Notes: generated by a model from the letters alone, not told the origin. Shown: positions 1 to 9,483, counted from the first letter of the stretch. The stretch is 64,000 nt of DNA from an uncultured Candidatus Binatia bacterium (GCA_965215605.1 OZ244070.1:3136001-3200000); one strand, 5' to 3'. Translations and numbers: made by a program.

Positions 1-1
1 C

Positions 2-82
2 GAGAAACAACTCGCCACCATCAAGGATCTGCCTCCTGACGGCGCGCTGTTCTTCCAGAAGCTGATGGGCGAGAAGCGCTAG
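2..82 (+). CDS. 3' end of an upstream gene (partial), possibly the TctC-type solute-binding protein of the TTT system
   Basis: Open frame EKQLATIKDLPPDGALFFQKLMGEKR with TAG at 80-82. The identity is guessed only from its position upstream of tctA. Confidence 0.45.
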   Translation, partial: EKQLATIKDLPPDGALFFQKLMGEKR

Positions 83-114
83 GCACGCGTCCGAGCTATA
101 GACTTGTAGCGATC

Positions 115-206
115 GTAGGGGCGACGGGCCGGTCGCCCCTACCGGGTTCCGCCGCAGTGTAGGGCGCCAGCGTTCCGGGACGGCTTCCAGAACGCTGGCG
201 CCTTGC
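115..206. repeat. Two GTAG-initiated REP-like palindromes
   Basis: GTAGGGGCGAC-GGGCCG-GTCGCCCCTAC (115-142) is a perfect 11-bp stem. GTAGGGCGCCAGCGTTC...GAACGCTGGCGCCTTGC (159-206) is a second stem. Confidence 0.7.
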
Positions 207-217
207 CGGGAGCCTTC

Positions 218-2344
218 ATGCTCGAAGCTTCCGTTGACGCCTTCTTTCATCTCTTCTCGCCGGGGCCGCTGCTGGCGATGCTCCTGGTGCTGCCGGTTGC
301 GCTGTTCTCGGGGCTCATGCCCGGAGGCGGCCTGCCGGTGTCCGTGGTGGTCCTGAGCCTGGCGGTCCACCTCGACCCCTGGGTCGCCATCACCATCGTG
401 GTGTTCCACATGGCGGCCAGCGACATCACCGAGCCCATCCCCGCCATCCTGTTCGGCGTGCCCGGCGCCCGCTCGGCCCAGGCCACCGTGCTCGACGGCT
501 ATCCCATGGCCCAGCAGGGCCTGGCCGGGGTGGCGCTGGGGGCGAGCTACACCACCACCATCGTGGGCGGCGTCATCGGCGCCGTCGCGCTGCTGCTGGC
601 GCTGCCGGTGAGCCGGCAGCTTCTGGAGTGGTTCGGCTCGGCGGAGTTCTTCCTGCTGACGCTCATGGGGGTGCTGGCGGTGGCCGTGGTGAGCGCCGGG
701 GCCTTCGTCAAGGGCATCCTCACCGCGGCTTTCGGCATTGCCATCGCCATGGTGGGCTACGCGGACCTGGGCGGCAATGTGCGCGCCGCCATGGGGTTCG
801 ACTTCTACCTGTGGGACGGGTTCGGACTGGTGCCGGTGGTGGTGGGCCTGTTCGCGTTGCCGGAGGCCATCGCGCTGGTGGTGGGGGACACCACCATCGC
901 CCGGGCACGCCTGGACACGCTCCTGCGGGAGGCCAAGGCCGACGTGTGGCGCGGCATGTGGCAGGCCTGGAACCACAAGTGGCTGATGGTGCGCTCGTCG
1001 CTCATCGGCGTGTTCGTGGGCATCATGCCCGGGGTGGGCGGCAGCGCCGCCCACTGGATCGCCTACGCCCAGGCGCGCCAGACCGAGCCCGGCGGCACCG
1101 AGACCTTCGGCAAGGGCGACGTCCGCGGCGTCATCGCCTCCGACGCCGCCAACAACTCGGTGGACGGCGGCGTGCTAATCCCCACCGTGGTGTTCGGCAT
1201 TCCCGGCAGCGGCGGCATGGCCATTGTCCTTGCCATCCTCATCCTCACAGGGATCACCCCGGGCCCGCTCATGCTCACGCGCCACCTCGACCTCACCGTG
1301 AGCATGGTCTACACCATCGCTTTCGCCAATCTCGTCGTGGTGCCCATCATGCTGGCCTTCGCGCCGACCCTGTGCCGCATCGCGGTGATCCCGCCCAACA
1401 TCCTGGCGCCGGTGGTGGTGGGCATCGTCTCGCTGGCGGCGCTGGCGGCCAGCGGCTCCCTGGGCGACCTCGGGGCGGTGCTGGCCTTCGGCCTGCTAGG
1501 CGTCTTCATGAAACGCTACGGCTGGCCCAGGCCGCCCATCCTCATCGCCGTGGCCCTGGCGGACATCCTGGAGCGGTTCCTGTGGATCTCGGTGAGCAAC
1601 TACGGCTGGGGAATGCTCCTGCGGCCGCAGTTCCTGGTCATCCTCGCATTCATGGTCGCGGTGACCCTGTTCAGCCTGCGGGCCCAGCGCGGCGCCCGGC
1701 AGGCCATGATGTCCATGACCGAGGGGGAGGAGTCCGAGCCGGTGGCGGAAGGCGGCGCCCCGGGGCGGGGAGCCGTGGCGGCGGCAGGGGACGCCGCGGC
1801 GGAATCAACGGCAGCCGGCGACAAGGACGGAGACGGTCCGCTCAAGCGCCGCTTCACCCTCGAGGCCGCCGGAGAGGCCGCGCTCCTGCTCGCGGTGGGC
1901 GGGTTCTTTCTCTACATGTTCATCGATTCGTTCAGTTATCCGGAAGGCGCCGACCTGATGCCGAGGCTCGCGGTGCTGGTGGGGACCCCGTTCTGGCTCA
2001 TCCGCGCGTGGACCCTGTTGAGAGGCACTCCGGAAAAGCGCATCGAGGAAGGCGACATCATGGACACGGGCTTCATCCTCGGGGACGATCCCAAGAGCGA
2101 GGGCCGGCGGTTCGCGCGCATCTTCGGTTTCACCGCGCTCATGTACGTGGCCATCTGGCTCATCGGCGTGCACATCGCCCTGCCGGGGATGCTGTTCCTC
2201 TACCTGATGTACTACGGCAAGGCGGGATGGTTGTGGTCCGCGGGGCTCGCCCTCGCATTCCTGGCGCTGATCGTCGGCTTCTACGACTTCGCCCTCCACA
2301 TCGTCTGGCCCGAGGCGCCCTTCGGCCTCTGGCCGACGGGCTAG
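218..2344 (+). CDS. tctA: Tripartite tricarboxylate transporter permease, TctA with C-terminal TctB-like fusion
   Basis: TctA motifs (AILFGVPG...ATVLDGYPMAQQG, GIMPGVG, AANNS...GIPGS), an Ala/Gly/Glu linker, then a 4-TM TctB-like domain. ATG 218 is preferred over TTG 203, which lies within the palindrome. Confidence 0.85.
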   Translation: MLEASVDAFFHLFSPGPLLAMLLVLPVALFSGLMPGGGLPVSVVVLSLAVHLDPWVAITIVVFHMAASDITEPIPAILFGVPGARSAQATVLDGYPMAQQGLAGVALGASYTTTIVGGVIGAVALLLALPVSRQLLEWFGSAEFFLLTLMGVLAVAVVSAGAFVKGILTAAFGIAIAMVGYADLGGNVRAAMGFDFYLWDGFGLVPVVVGLFALPEAIALVVGDTTIARARLDTLLREAKADVWRGMWQAWNHKWLMVRSSLIGVFVGIMPGVGGSAAHWIAYAQARQTEPGGTETFGKGDVRGVIASDAANNSVDGGVLIPTVVFGIPGSGGMAIVLAILILTGITPGPLMLTRHLDLTVSMVYTIAFANLVVVPIMLAFAPTLCRIAVIPPNILAPVVVGIVSLAALAASGSLGDLGAVLAFGLLGVFMKRYGWPRPPILIAVALADILERFLWISVSNYGWGMLLRPQFLVILAFMVAVTLFSLRAQRGARQAMMSMTEGEESEPVAEGGAPGRGAVAAAGDAAAESTAAGDKDGDGPLKRRFTLEAAGEAALLLAVGGFFLYMFIDSFSYPEGADLMPRLAVLVGTPFWLIRAWTLLRGTPEKRIEEGDIMDTGFILGDDPKSEGRRFARIFGFTALMYVAIWLIGVHIALPGMLFLYLMYYGKAGWLWSAGLALAFLALIVGFYDFALHIVWPEAPFGLWPTG

Positions 2345-2389
2345 GAACGACCTGGACAAACCCGCCTACTCCTCAAAGGCGCCCAACTC

Positions 2390-3388
2390 CTACAGCTTCA
2401 GCAGCCTCCGCGCATTCGCCTCCAGGATCGCCAGCTTCTCCTCCTCCGGGCAGTCCAGCGCCTCCACCTTCTCCACCGCGTTCCAATCACCCAGCGGGTA
2501 CGGGTAGTCCGTCCCGACCATCAGGTGCTCCCACCCCAGCAGGCTCTTGAGGTACTCCAGGGTGTCCACCCGGTAGACCAGCGCGTCAGAGTACAGGTTT
2601 TTGAGGTAGGCGCTTGGCTTGTCCTGGGCCTCGGCGTCCGCCGCCCCCGGCCGTACCCCGAAGCCTTGGTCGAAACGCCCGAGGTGGTAGGGGAAGAAGC
2701 CGCCGCCGTGCAACGTGCAGAGTTTCAGATCGGGAAACCGGTCGAACACGCCGCTGTAGGTCATGAAGCCCAGCGAGAGGGCGGTGTCCGCGGGGTTGCC
2801 GCAGATCAGGAACAGGCCGTAGGCGCCCATGCGCTCGAGCCCGGCGATGTCCTCAGGGTGCATGACGATGAGGGCGTCCAGTTCCTGCGCCTTGCCCCAG
2901 AAAGCATCGAACTCATGGCTCCTGTAGTACTCGCCGTTGACGTTGGTGCCGATGTAGGCCCCCGCCAGCCCGTGCTCGAGGATGCCGCGCTCCAACACCT
3001 TCGCGGCCCGCTTGGGGTCCTGCAGCGGCACCGCCGCCAGCGCGGTGAACCGGTCCGGGTGCCGGGTTCTGAGCTCCATCAAACCCTCGTTGTAGAGGTT
3101 GCACCAGGTCTCTCCCTGCTCCGGGTTCAGCCGGTAGCCGAGGCAGGCGGTGTGGGGTTCCAGGGTCGCCAGGGCGATCTTGCCCTTGTCCATGTTCGCC
3201 AGCCGCTTCTCCACGTCCATGAGCGGCGGCGGCACCACGAAGCTCGGTCCGCCGCCGATGGTGACGGTGTTGAGGCCTTCCGGGGTGCTGCCCACCTCCG
3301 TGCCCACGGCCTTGCCGTGGGCCTTCAGCTCCTCGATCAGGCCCGGAGGCATGTAGTGGTGGTGAATGTCGATGGCACAGGTATGCAT
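2390..3388 (-). CDS. Amidohydrolase_2 family metal-dependent hydrolase/decarboxylase (ACMSD-like)
   Basis: N-terminal DIHHH, then MHP, LHGGG and GTDYPY motifs; 332 aa. Confidence 0.85.
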   Translation of the reverse strand: MHTCAIDIHHHYMPPGLIEELKAHGKAVGTEVGSTPEGLNTVTIGGGPSFVVPPPLMDVEKRLANMDKGKIALATLEPHTACLGYRLNPEQGETWCNLYNEGLMELRTRHPDRFTALAAVPLQDPKRAAKVLERGILEHGLAGAYIGTNVNGEYYRSHEFDAFWGKAQELDALIVMHPEDIAGLERMGAYGLFLICGNPADTALSLGFMTYSGVFDRFPDLKLCTLHGGGFFPYHLGRFDQGFGVRPGAADAEAQDKPSAYLKNLYSDALVYRVDTLEYLKSLLGWEHLMVGTDYPYPLGDWNAVEKVEALDCPEEEKLAILEANARRLLKL

Positions 3389-3499
3389 TGGCGCAAGTCT
3401 CCTTCACTGGGGTGTGGTGTCGATCTGGAATTGTTCCATCATCGGAGCCGGTATGCTAGTCTCCTGACATCACCAAGTACACTCGGAGGTCAGGTCATC

Positions 3500-4366
3500 A
3501 TGTTGCGGAAGATCAGAGTCACCAGCGAAGGAACCGTGTGGACGTTGCCTTGGGACGTGGGGGTAGAGAGGGGCTTCATGGCCGCGGAAGGCATCGACGC
3601 CGAGGTGGTGACGCCGGACTCGCAGCTCCAGCCCGCCGGCGTGTTCGAGCGTCCCATTGCCTCGGACTACGAGTGCGGTGACCTCGAAGGCTACAACAAG
3701 TGCGAATGGGGCGTGATCAAGCGTGCCGCCGACGGCGAGCGCGACGGCTGGATCCTCGGACGCCGCGAGAGCGTGGCCACCATGGCCATCATCGTCAAGG
3801 GCGATTCTTCCTACCACCGGTTGGACGACCTCGCGGACGTGCCCCTCTCGATTCAGGACCAGACCGGCTCCCATTACATGACCTACAAAATGCTCGAAGG
3901 CCACTGCGACAAGGACCGGGTGCGGTTGCGGCACGATGGCGGACCCGCCATCCGCACCCGCATGTTGCTCAACGGCGAAGTGGAGGCGGCGACCCTCATG
4001 GAGCCGTTCATCAGCCTGGCCGAGAAACGCGGCTGCCGCGTCCTGGCGGAGTCCAAGTACTGGGGCCTCCTGTTCGTCAACAGCGACGACGCCGAGGACA
4101 CCCGGGAGGCGATCTTCCGCGCCCTCCGCCGTTCCGTGGACGAGATCAACTCGGACCTCAAGAAACACGCCGCGCTCCTGCTGCGCGACATCCCCGAGGA
4201 CCTGATCGGCGATTTCAAGTTCGAGGACCTGAACCTCAACCGGCTCGACTACGTCTACCCCGAGGACTACACCGAAGAAGAGTTCAACCGGGCGCGCAAC
4301 TGGATGGCCGGCTACGGCCTCAAACCCGATTCCCAGGCCAGCTACTCGGATCTGGTGAAGCTGTAG
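3500..4366 (+). CDS. PBP2-fold protein of the SsuA/THI5/NMT1-like family, no signal peptide
   Basis: GGAGG RBS before ATG 3500. Motifs ERGFMAAEGIDAEVV, DLADVPLS..TGSHY and NGEVEAATLMEPF are typical of SsuA/NMT1-like binding proteins. Confidence 0.7.
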   Translation: MLRKIRVTSEGTVWTLPWDVGVERGFMAAEGIDAEVVTPDSQLQPAGVFERPIASDYECGDLEGYNKCEWGVIKRAADGERDGWILGRRESVATMAIIVKGDSSYHRLDDLADVPLSIQDQTGSHYMTYKMLEGHCDKDRVRLRHDGGPAIRTRMLLNGEVEAATLMEPFISLAEKRGCRVLAESKYWGLLFVNSDDAEDTREAIFRALRRSVDEINSDLKKHAALLLRDIPEDLIGDFKFEDLNLNRLDYVYPEDYTEEEFNRARNWMAGYGLKPDSQASYSDLVKL

Positions 4367-4388
4367 GCACCAGGGCGCCTGAGAACGC

Positions 4389-4422
4389 AGAAAGCCCCTC
4401 CAAAAGGAGGGGCTTTCTTTTT
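4389..4422 (+). terminator. Rho-independent terminator
   Basis: AGAAAGCCCCTCC-AAAA-GGAGGGGCTTTCT followed by a T run, about 22 nt after the stop codon. Confidence 0.85.
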
Positions 4423-4470
4423 GACGAGAAAATGCGGACCCTTGTGTTGCGGCCCCCTGCTGGATGTCGA

Positions 4471-4542
4471 GGGTGCCGGGGTCAGGCCCCGGGATGACGT
4501 TGGGTCCGCCCTCCGGCATCACGGGGCCTGACCCCGGCACCC
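4471..4542. repeat. Inverted doublet of palindromic units (REPIN/RPE-like)
   Basis: GGGTGCCGGGGTCAGGCCCCG (4471-4491) has a perfect reverse complement at 4522-4542. Each arm carries an internal CGGGG..CCCCG palindrome. Confidence 0.7.
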
Positions 4543-4603
4543 GGAACCGCCGCCGTGTCCGGACCGCCGCCGTCCGCAACGCTTCCTTCAACCGCCGCTT
4601 GCC

Positions 4604-5920
4604 ATGACCAACACCCTTGCACGCATCGGCGACAAGCTGGACGTCTTCCGCGTGCTCAAGTACCGCAGCTTCCGGCTCTACTGGTTCGGCCACCTCACCG
4701 CGGTGGCCGGCCACCAGATGCTGATCCTCGCGCACGGGTGGCTGGCCTGGGAGTTGACGGGGTCCGAGTACGTGCTGGGCGCCCTGGGGCTGGTGGCCGC
4801 CGCCCCGGCGATAGCGCTGACGCTCTTCGGCGGCGCCGCCGCCGACAAGCTGGAGCTCCGGCGCTTCCTCATGCTGCTCCAGTACGTCACCGCGCTGCTG
4901 CTGCTGGCGCTGGCCACGCTGGTAACCACCGGACTGGTGCAGGTCTGGCACGTGTTCGCCGTCGCCGCCATCCACGGCGGCATACAGGCCTTCGACCATC
5001 CCGCCCGCCAGGCCCTCTTCCCGCACCTCCTGGACCGTGCGCACCTGATGAACGCGGTGAGCCTCAATTCCATGATCTGGCCGGGGACGCGCATCTTCGG
5101 CCCCGCACTGGCGGGTTTCACCATCGACTACGTGGCGGACTACACCGGCGCCCCCCTGTCCGGCGCCGGCGCCGCCTACTACGTAGCCGCGGCCACCTAC
5201 CTGGCGTTCGGCCTGTTGCTCCTTCCCGTAAGGGTGCCGTTCATCGAACGCACCCGGGGCGGCAATTTCATCCGCACTCTCCTGGGCGGGCTCTCGTTCG
5301 TCTGGACCCGCAAGCTCTTCCGCTCCCTCATCGGACTGAACTACCTGGACATCTTCTTTCTGGCGTCCCACACTGCGCTCCTGCCGGTTTTCGCCGACGT
5401 CGTGTTTCGCGGCGACGGCTCCACCCTGGGTACCCTGTACGTGGTCAGCGGCATCGGCGCCCTGCTCGGCGCCCTGGTGGCCGCCAACCTCGGTTACTTC
5501 CCGAAGCGCGGATGGCTGATTCTCCTGGGCGCCGGAATCCATGCCTTCTTCCTCACGCTGTTCGGTTTTTCCGGCGCCTTTCCGCTGGCATTGGGCATGC
5601 TGCTGATGGCCGGCGTCGGCCTCTCCTTCTTCATGGTGAGCACCCAGACCTCGGTTCAGACCCGCGTGCCCGACCAGTACCGCGGCCGGGTCATGGCCAT
5701 CTGGGGCATGAACTACAGCGTCGTCCTCCCGCTGGGGCAACTGCAGATGGGCGCCGTGGCGGGCCTGTCCCGGGACCACCTGGGCGCGTTCCTCGGCCGC
5801 CTCGCCGGCGCCCCGTCCGCCGTGATCCTGAGCGGGGTCTCGATGCTCGCGGTGGTGGGGATCACCGCGGTTGCCAACCGCGGGGTGCGGGAGTTGAGGC
5901 CGGAGGGACCGACGGGGTAG
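4604..5920 (+). CDS. MFS transporter (MFS_3/EntS-like)
   Basis: About 12 TM segments; FRLYWFG, GGAAADKLELRR, FDHPARQAL and VPDQYRGRVMAI motifs. Confidence 0.85.
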   Translation: MTNTLARIGDKLDVFRVLKYRSFRLYWFGHLTAVAGHQMLILAHGWLAWELTGSEYVLGALGLVAAAPAIALTLFGGAAADKLELRRFLMLLQYVTALLLLALATLVTTGLVQVWHVFAVAAIHGGIQAFDHPARQALFPHLLDRAHLMNAVSLNSMIWPGTRIFGPALAGFTIDYVADYTGAPLSGAGAAYYVAAATYLAFGLLLLPVRVPFIERTRGGNFIRTLLGGLSFVWTRKLFRSLIGLNYLDIFFLASHTALLPVFADVVFRGDGSTLGTLYVVSGIGALLGALVAANLGYFPKRGWLILLGAGIHAFFLTLFGFSGAFPLALGMLLMAGVGLSFFMVSTQTSVQTRVPDQYRGRVMAIWGMNYSVVLPLGQLQMGAVAGLSRDHLGAFLGRLAGAPSAVILSGVSMLAVVGITAVANRGVRELRPEGPTG

Positions 5921-6020
5921 GCAGGGTCGGGAAGCTTGCCTGTTGCTATGTTCTGAGGTGGTCCTGGAAAATCGGACAGGTTGCTAAGGTGTATTCCACC
6001 GACTTAGGGAGGGATACGCA

Positions 6021-6302
6021 ATGAGCACACGACGAAGGTTCAGCGGAGAGTTCAAGGCGAAGGTGGCGCTGGAGGCGCTGCGGGGGGACAAGACGATCCA
6101 GGAGATCGCTGTGCGGCACAAGGTTCATCCGAACCAGGTGAGCACGTGGAAGCAGCGTGCGGTGGAGGGGATGAAGGAGGTTTTCACGAAGGGTGCGGAG
6201 CGGACGAGGGGCGACCACGAGGGGGAGGTTCGGGACCTGCACGCGAAGATCGGGGAGTTGACGGTGGAGCGGGATTTTTTGGCCAAAGGGCTCAAGTGGT
6301 GA
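6021..6302 (+). CDS. IS3 transposase OrfA (HTH)
   Basis: RRRFSGEFKAKVALEAL...IAVRHKVHPNQVSTWK helix-turn-helix, followed by a leucine-zipper-like tail. Confidence 0.92.
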   Translation: MSTRRRFSGEFKAKVALEALRGDKTIQEIAVRHKVHPNQVSTWKQRAVEGMKEVFTKGAERTRGDHEGEVRDLHAKIGELTVERDFLAKGLKW

Positions 6303-7222
6303 GCCGGGAGAAGCGCCGGGGGATGATCGAGCCCGGCCATCCCAAGCTCAGCTTGAGCCGTCAATGCCATCTGCTTCGAGTGAGTCGATCCTCCGTGTAC
6401 CACAGGCCCAAGGGCGAGAGCGCGGAGAATCTGGCGCTGATGCGCCGGATCGACAAGCTGTTCCTGGAGTACCCCTTCTACGGCAGCCGCCAGATGGTCC
6501 GCCATCTGTGGCGGGAGGGCGACCGTGTGGGTCGTCACCGGGTGCGGCGTCTGATGCGCCTGATGGGTCTCCAGGCCATCTACCAGGCGCCGCGGACCAC
6601 CCGACCGCATCCCGAGCACCGGGTCTACCCCTATCGGCTCAAGGGGGTCGCCATCGAACGGCCCAATCACGCGTGGACCGCAGATATAACCTATATCCCT
6701 GTCCAGAAGGGCTTCCTGTACCTGGTGGCGGTGATGGACTGGGCCACCCGCCGGGTGCTCTCCTGGAGGCTGTCGAACACCCTCGATGCCCGCTTCTGTG
6801 TCGAGGCCCTCTCAGAGGCTCTGGAACGCTACGGCCCTCCCGAGATCTTCAACACCGACCAGGGCAGCCAGTTCACCAGCCTGGAGTTCACCTCCGTGCT
6901 CAAGGACGCCGGCGTCGCCATCTCCATGGACGGCAGGGGCCGGTGCATGGACAACATCTTCATCGAGCGCCTGTGGCGCTCCCTCAAGTACGAGGCCGTC
7001 TACCTGCACGAGCTCTCGGACGGCTTCGCCGCCCAAAGGACCATCGCCAACTGGCTCCACTTCTACAACACCCAAAGGCCTCATTCCGCCCTCGCCGGCT
7101 CCACCCCGGCGGAGGCCTACGAACGAGGACTCCAGAGGCAGGCCGGACCTCACACCCCGCCCGCCCCTCTGCCAGTTCCATCGGAACACGAAGACGTGAT
7201 AAACGGCACCTTGGCAGCATGA
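6299..7222 (+). CDS. IS3 transposase OrfB (DDE integrase core)
   Basis: WTADITYI, NTDQGSQF and DNIFIERLWRSLKYE motifs. It lies in the -1 frame relative to orfA, with a GTGA overlap and a T6 run at 6275-6280 as a candidate frameshift site. Confidence 0.92.
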   Translation: MSREKRRGMIEPGHPKLSLSRQCHLLRVSRSSVYHRPKGESAENLALMRRIDKLFLEYPFYGSRQMVRHLWREGDRVGRHRVRRLMRLMGLQAIYQAPRTTRPHPEHRVYPYRLKGVAIERPNHAWTADITYIPVQKGFLYLVAVMDWATRRVLSWRLSNTLDARFCVEALSEALERYGPPEIFNTDQGSQFTSLEFTSVLKDAGVAISMDGRGRCMDNIFIERLWRSLKYEAVYLHELSDGFAAQRTIANWLHFYNTQRPHSALAGSTPAEAYERGLQRQAGPHTPPAPLPVPSEHEDVINGTLAA

Positions 7223-7323
7223 TCGAACGTCTGGAATACACCTTATCTCCGCCGCCTACCTGTCCTACAAACCAGGACCACCTCAACTGACCCCATTGAC
7301 TGGAAGGTCATCTTTAAAGCCGG

Positions 7324-7351
7324 TTGAGTCCCCGCCGGGGTTTTGGATAAT
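7324..7351 (+). promoter_or_regulatory. Possible sigma70 promoter for the MFS-PPTase unit
   Basis: TTGAGT-N16-GATAAT. Confidence 0.3.
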
Positions 7352-7447
7352 CCGCCATTAATGGGTTACGGTTGGCCCCTGCGACCGGCGGCGGGCGCCT
7401 CGCGCGCGAGCACCGCAAGACAGACGGTCGTAGGGAACGATGTCGTG

Positions 7448-8659
7448 GTGAAACGGAACAGCAGACTTCGCGCCATCGGCAGGGACCGGCTGGCGCTCCT
7501 GGGCTACGTTACCGGCGGGCATTTCGCCGTGCACTGGTTCGGACAGCTCTTTCCCATGATCCTGCACCCCCTGGAGGTGGCCCTGCGGCTGAGCTATGTC
7601 CAGGTGGGTTTCCTGACCACCATCCGGGAACTGACCACCGGGCTCACGAACCTGCCGGCGGGGTTTCTGGGGGACCGCCTGGCGCGTCATCGGACCGCGA
7701 TCCTTTCCTCGGCCCTCCTCGCGTTTGGAGTGGCATACCTCACCTTCGGCCTCGCCCCCGGCTACCTCTACGCGCTGGTGGCGGCCGGGCTGGTGGGGGT
7801 GGGAATCGCCCTGTGGCACCCCACCGCCATGGCGTCGCTTTCGAGCCGGTTCCCGGAACACCGGGCCACGGCGTTCGCTATCCACGGCATGGGAGCGACC
7901 ACCGGCGACACCATCACGCCGCTGGTGGTCGGCATCCTGTTGAGCCTCTACCCTTGGCGCAGCCTCATGGCGTTGCAGTTCCTTCTGGCCGTGGCGGTAA
8001 GCGTTCCCTTGTGGCTCGGCTTGCGGGGGGTCTTTGCCGCGGCGCCGGCCGAATCCCGGACCGGGAGCGGGCAGGGGTCGGGGCTGGGCGAGTTCCTCCG
8101 CAATCCCGCCTTTCTGGGCGTGGCCTTGGCCAACGGCCTCATGAACGCCGGCCGGATACTGATCATCACCTTCTTCCCCCTCTACGTGCAGGAAACACTG
8201 GGCTACGGCTCCACGGGACTGGGCTACTACTACGCGTTGCTGCACGTGTTGGGCACGGTCTCCCAGCCCGTCCTGGGCTACCTCTCGGACCGCCTGGGCC
8301 GGAAGGCGGTGCTGCTGCCGTCGTTCCTGGTGCTGGCGGTGCTCTACACGCTGATTCCGTTGGTGCGTCCGGGGATTCCCTTGGGAATCGTGGTGACCCT
8401 CATCAGCCTGTTCTTCTACACCCTCAGCAACATTACCGCCGCCGCGGTCGTGGACGTGGCCGGCTCGCGCATACAGGCCACCTCGCTGGGCATCACGTTT
8501 CTCTCCAACAGCCTGTTCACTCTGCCTGGTCCGGTCATCGCCGGATACATGGTCGGTTTCTACGGCATGAGCTCGGTGTTCTACCTGTCCGGGGGCTTCC
8601 TGCTGGCAGCCGCGGCCGCGATTGCGCCGCTGCGGCTCTACAGGGGTTCGGGACGGTGA
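7448..8659 (+). CDS. MFS transporter (Fsr-like)
   Basis: GFLGDRL, LWHPTAMASLS, AFAIHGMG and QPVLGYLSDRLGRK motifs. The start is uncertain; the frame is open from 7343. Confidence 0.82.
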   Translation: MKRNSRLRAIGRDRLALLGYVTGGHFAVHWFGQLFPMILHPLEVALRLSYVQVGFLTTIRELTTGLTNLPAGFLGDRLARHRTAILSSALLAFGVAYLTFGLAPGYLYALVAAGLVGVGIALWHPTAMASLSSRFPEHRATAFAIHGMGATTGDTITPLVVGILLSLYPWRSLMALQFLLAVAVSVPLWLGLRGVFAAAPAESRTGSGQGSGLGEFLRNPAFLGVALANGLMNAGRILIITFFPLYVQETLGYGSTGLGYYYALLHVLGTVSQPVLGYLSDRLGRKAVLLPSFLVLAVLYTLIPLVRPGIPLGIVVTLISLFFYTLSNITAAAVVDVAGSRIQATSLGITFLSNSLFTLPGPVIAGYMVGFYGMSSVFYLSGGFLLAAAAAIAPLRLYRGSGR

Positions 8660-9414
8660 CGCCCACGACCCACTGGTCGCCTCCGGCGGCCAACCTGGCG
8701 CTGGGGCACGATACGGTCCACGTCTGGCGTGCGGCCACCGAGGTGCCCGCTTCCCGAGTGGCTCCCTTGTACGGGCTGCTGGCGCCCGACGAGCGCGCCC
8801 GGGCGGGCCGGTTCCTCTACGAGGAGGACAGGCGGCGGTACACGGTGGCACGGGGGGTGTTGCGAAGCCTCCTGGCGCGCTATCTCGACGTGGAGCCTGC
8901 CGCCCTCGAGTTCCGCTACGGCACCCATGGGAAGCCGTCGCTCGCGGAAACCCCTGGCGGCAGGGACGTGCGCTTCAACCTGTCCCATTCCTGCGGGTGG
9001 GCGGTGCATGCCTTCGCCATCGGCCGCGAAGTCGGCGTCGACGTCGAGCGCGTGCGCCCGGACACCGACATCATGGGGGTCGCCCGGCACTCCTTCTCAC
9101 CGGCGGAGGTGGAAGCCCTGACGAGTCTCCCCCCGGGACAGCGGCGGGAGGCGTTCTTCAATTGCTGGACGCGGAAGGAAGCGTTCATCAAGGCCCATGG
9201 CGAGGGCATCGCGCTGGGGCTGAGCCGGTTCGACGTGACCCTGCGGCCGGACGAGCCCGCGGCACTGCTGCGGTTCGAGGGAGACCCGGCGGAGGTGTCG
9301 AGGTGGTCCATGCGCGCACTGGACGGGGGCGAGGGTTACAAGGCGGCGTTGGCGGTGGAGGGGGATGGTTGGTATCTCAAGTGCTGGGACTATCCGGCTC
9401 AAGGGCTGATGTAG
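8656..9414 (+). CDS. Sfp/HetI-type 4'-phosphopantetheinyl transferase
   Basis: HGKP, FNLSHS, VGVDVE and FFNCWTRKEAFIKA motifs. The GTG start overlaps the MFS stop (GTGA). Confidence 0.92.
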   Translation: MTPTTHWSPPAANLALGHDTVHVWRAATEVPASRVAPLYGLLAPDERARAGRFLYEEDRRRYTVARGVLRSLLARYLDVEPAALEFRYGTHGKPSLAETPGGRDVRFNLSHSCGWAVHAFAIGREVGVDVERVRPDTDIMGVARHSFSPAEVEALTSLPPGQRREAFFNCWTRKEAFIKAHGEGIALGLSRFDVTLRPDEPAALLRFEGDPAEVSRWSMRALDGGEGYKAALAVEGDGWYLKCWDYPAQGLM

Positions 9415-9434
9415 GAGCGGGTTCCAACCCCGCC
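9411..9434. repeat. Degenerate GTAG-type REP-like hairpin
   Basis: GTAGGAGCGGGTTCCAACCCCGCC. Confidence 0.45.
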
Positions 9435-9483
9435 GGCGGCTGCACGGCGCTGCAGGAAAAACACACAACAGGAGGGTGTTCAC

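Larger units (their letters stand above)
5954..7285 (+). mobile_element. IS3-family insertion sequence (1332 bp)
   Basis: 5'-TG...CA-3' ends. Terminal IRs TGAGGTGGTCCTGGAAAATCGGACAGG and CCTGTCCTACAAACCAGGACCACCTCA, plus an inner IR TAAGGTGTATTCCA / TGGAATACACCTTA. Encodes orfA and orfB. Confidence 0.95.

Noticed and set aside
628-2550. Arg/Gly/Pro-rich alternative-frame ORFs (also 44492-47086, and the 5' part of 27233-29704)
   Set aside because: These are off-frame readings of GC-rich coding sequence. Only the lspA portion of 27233-29704 is real.
7372-9414. Apparent 680-aa PPTase fusion, and likewise the long N-terminal extensions on 2525-4366, 29814-30875 and 33483-34727
   Set aside because: The extensions overlap other genes, and the real starts lie at stop/start overlaps or RBS-supported codons.
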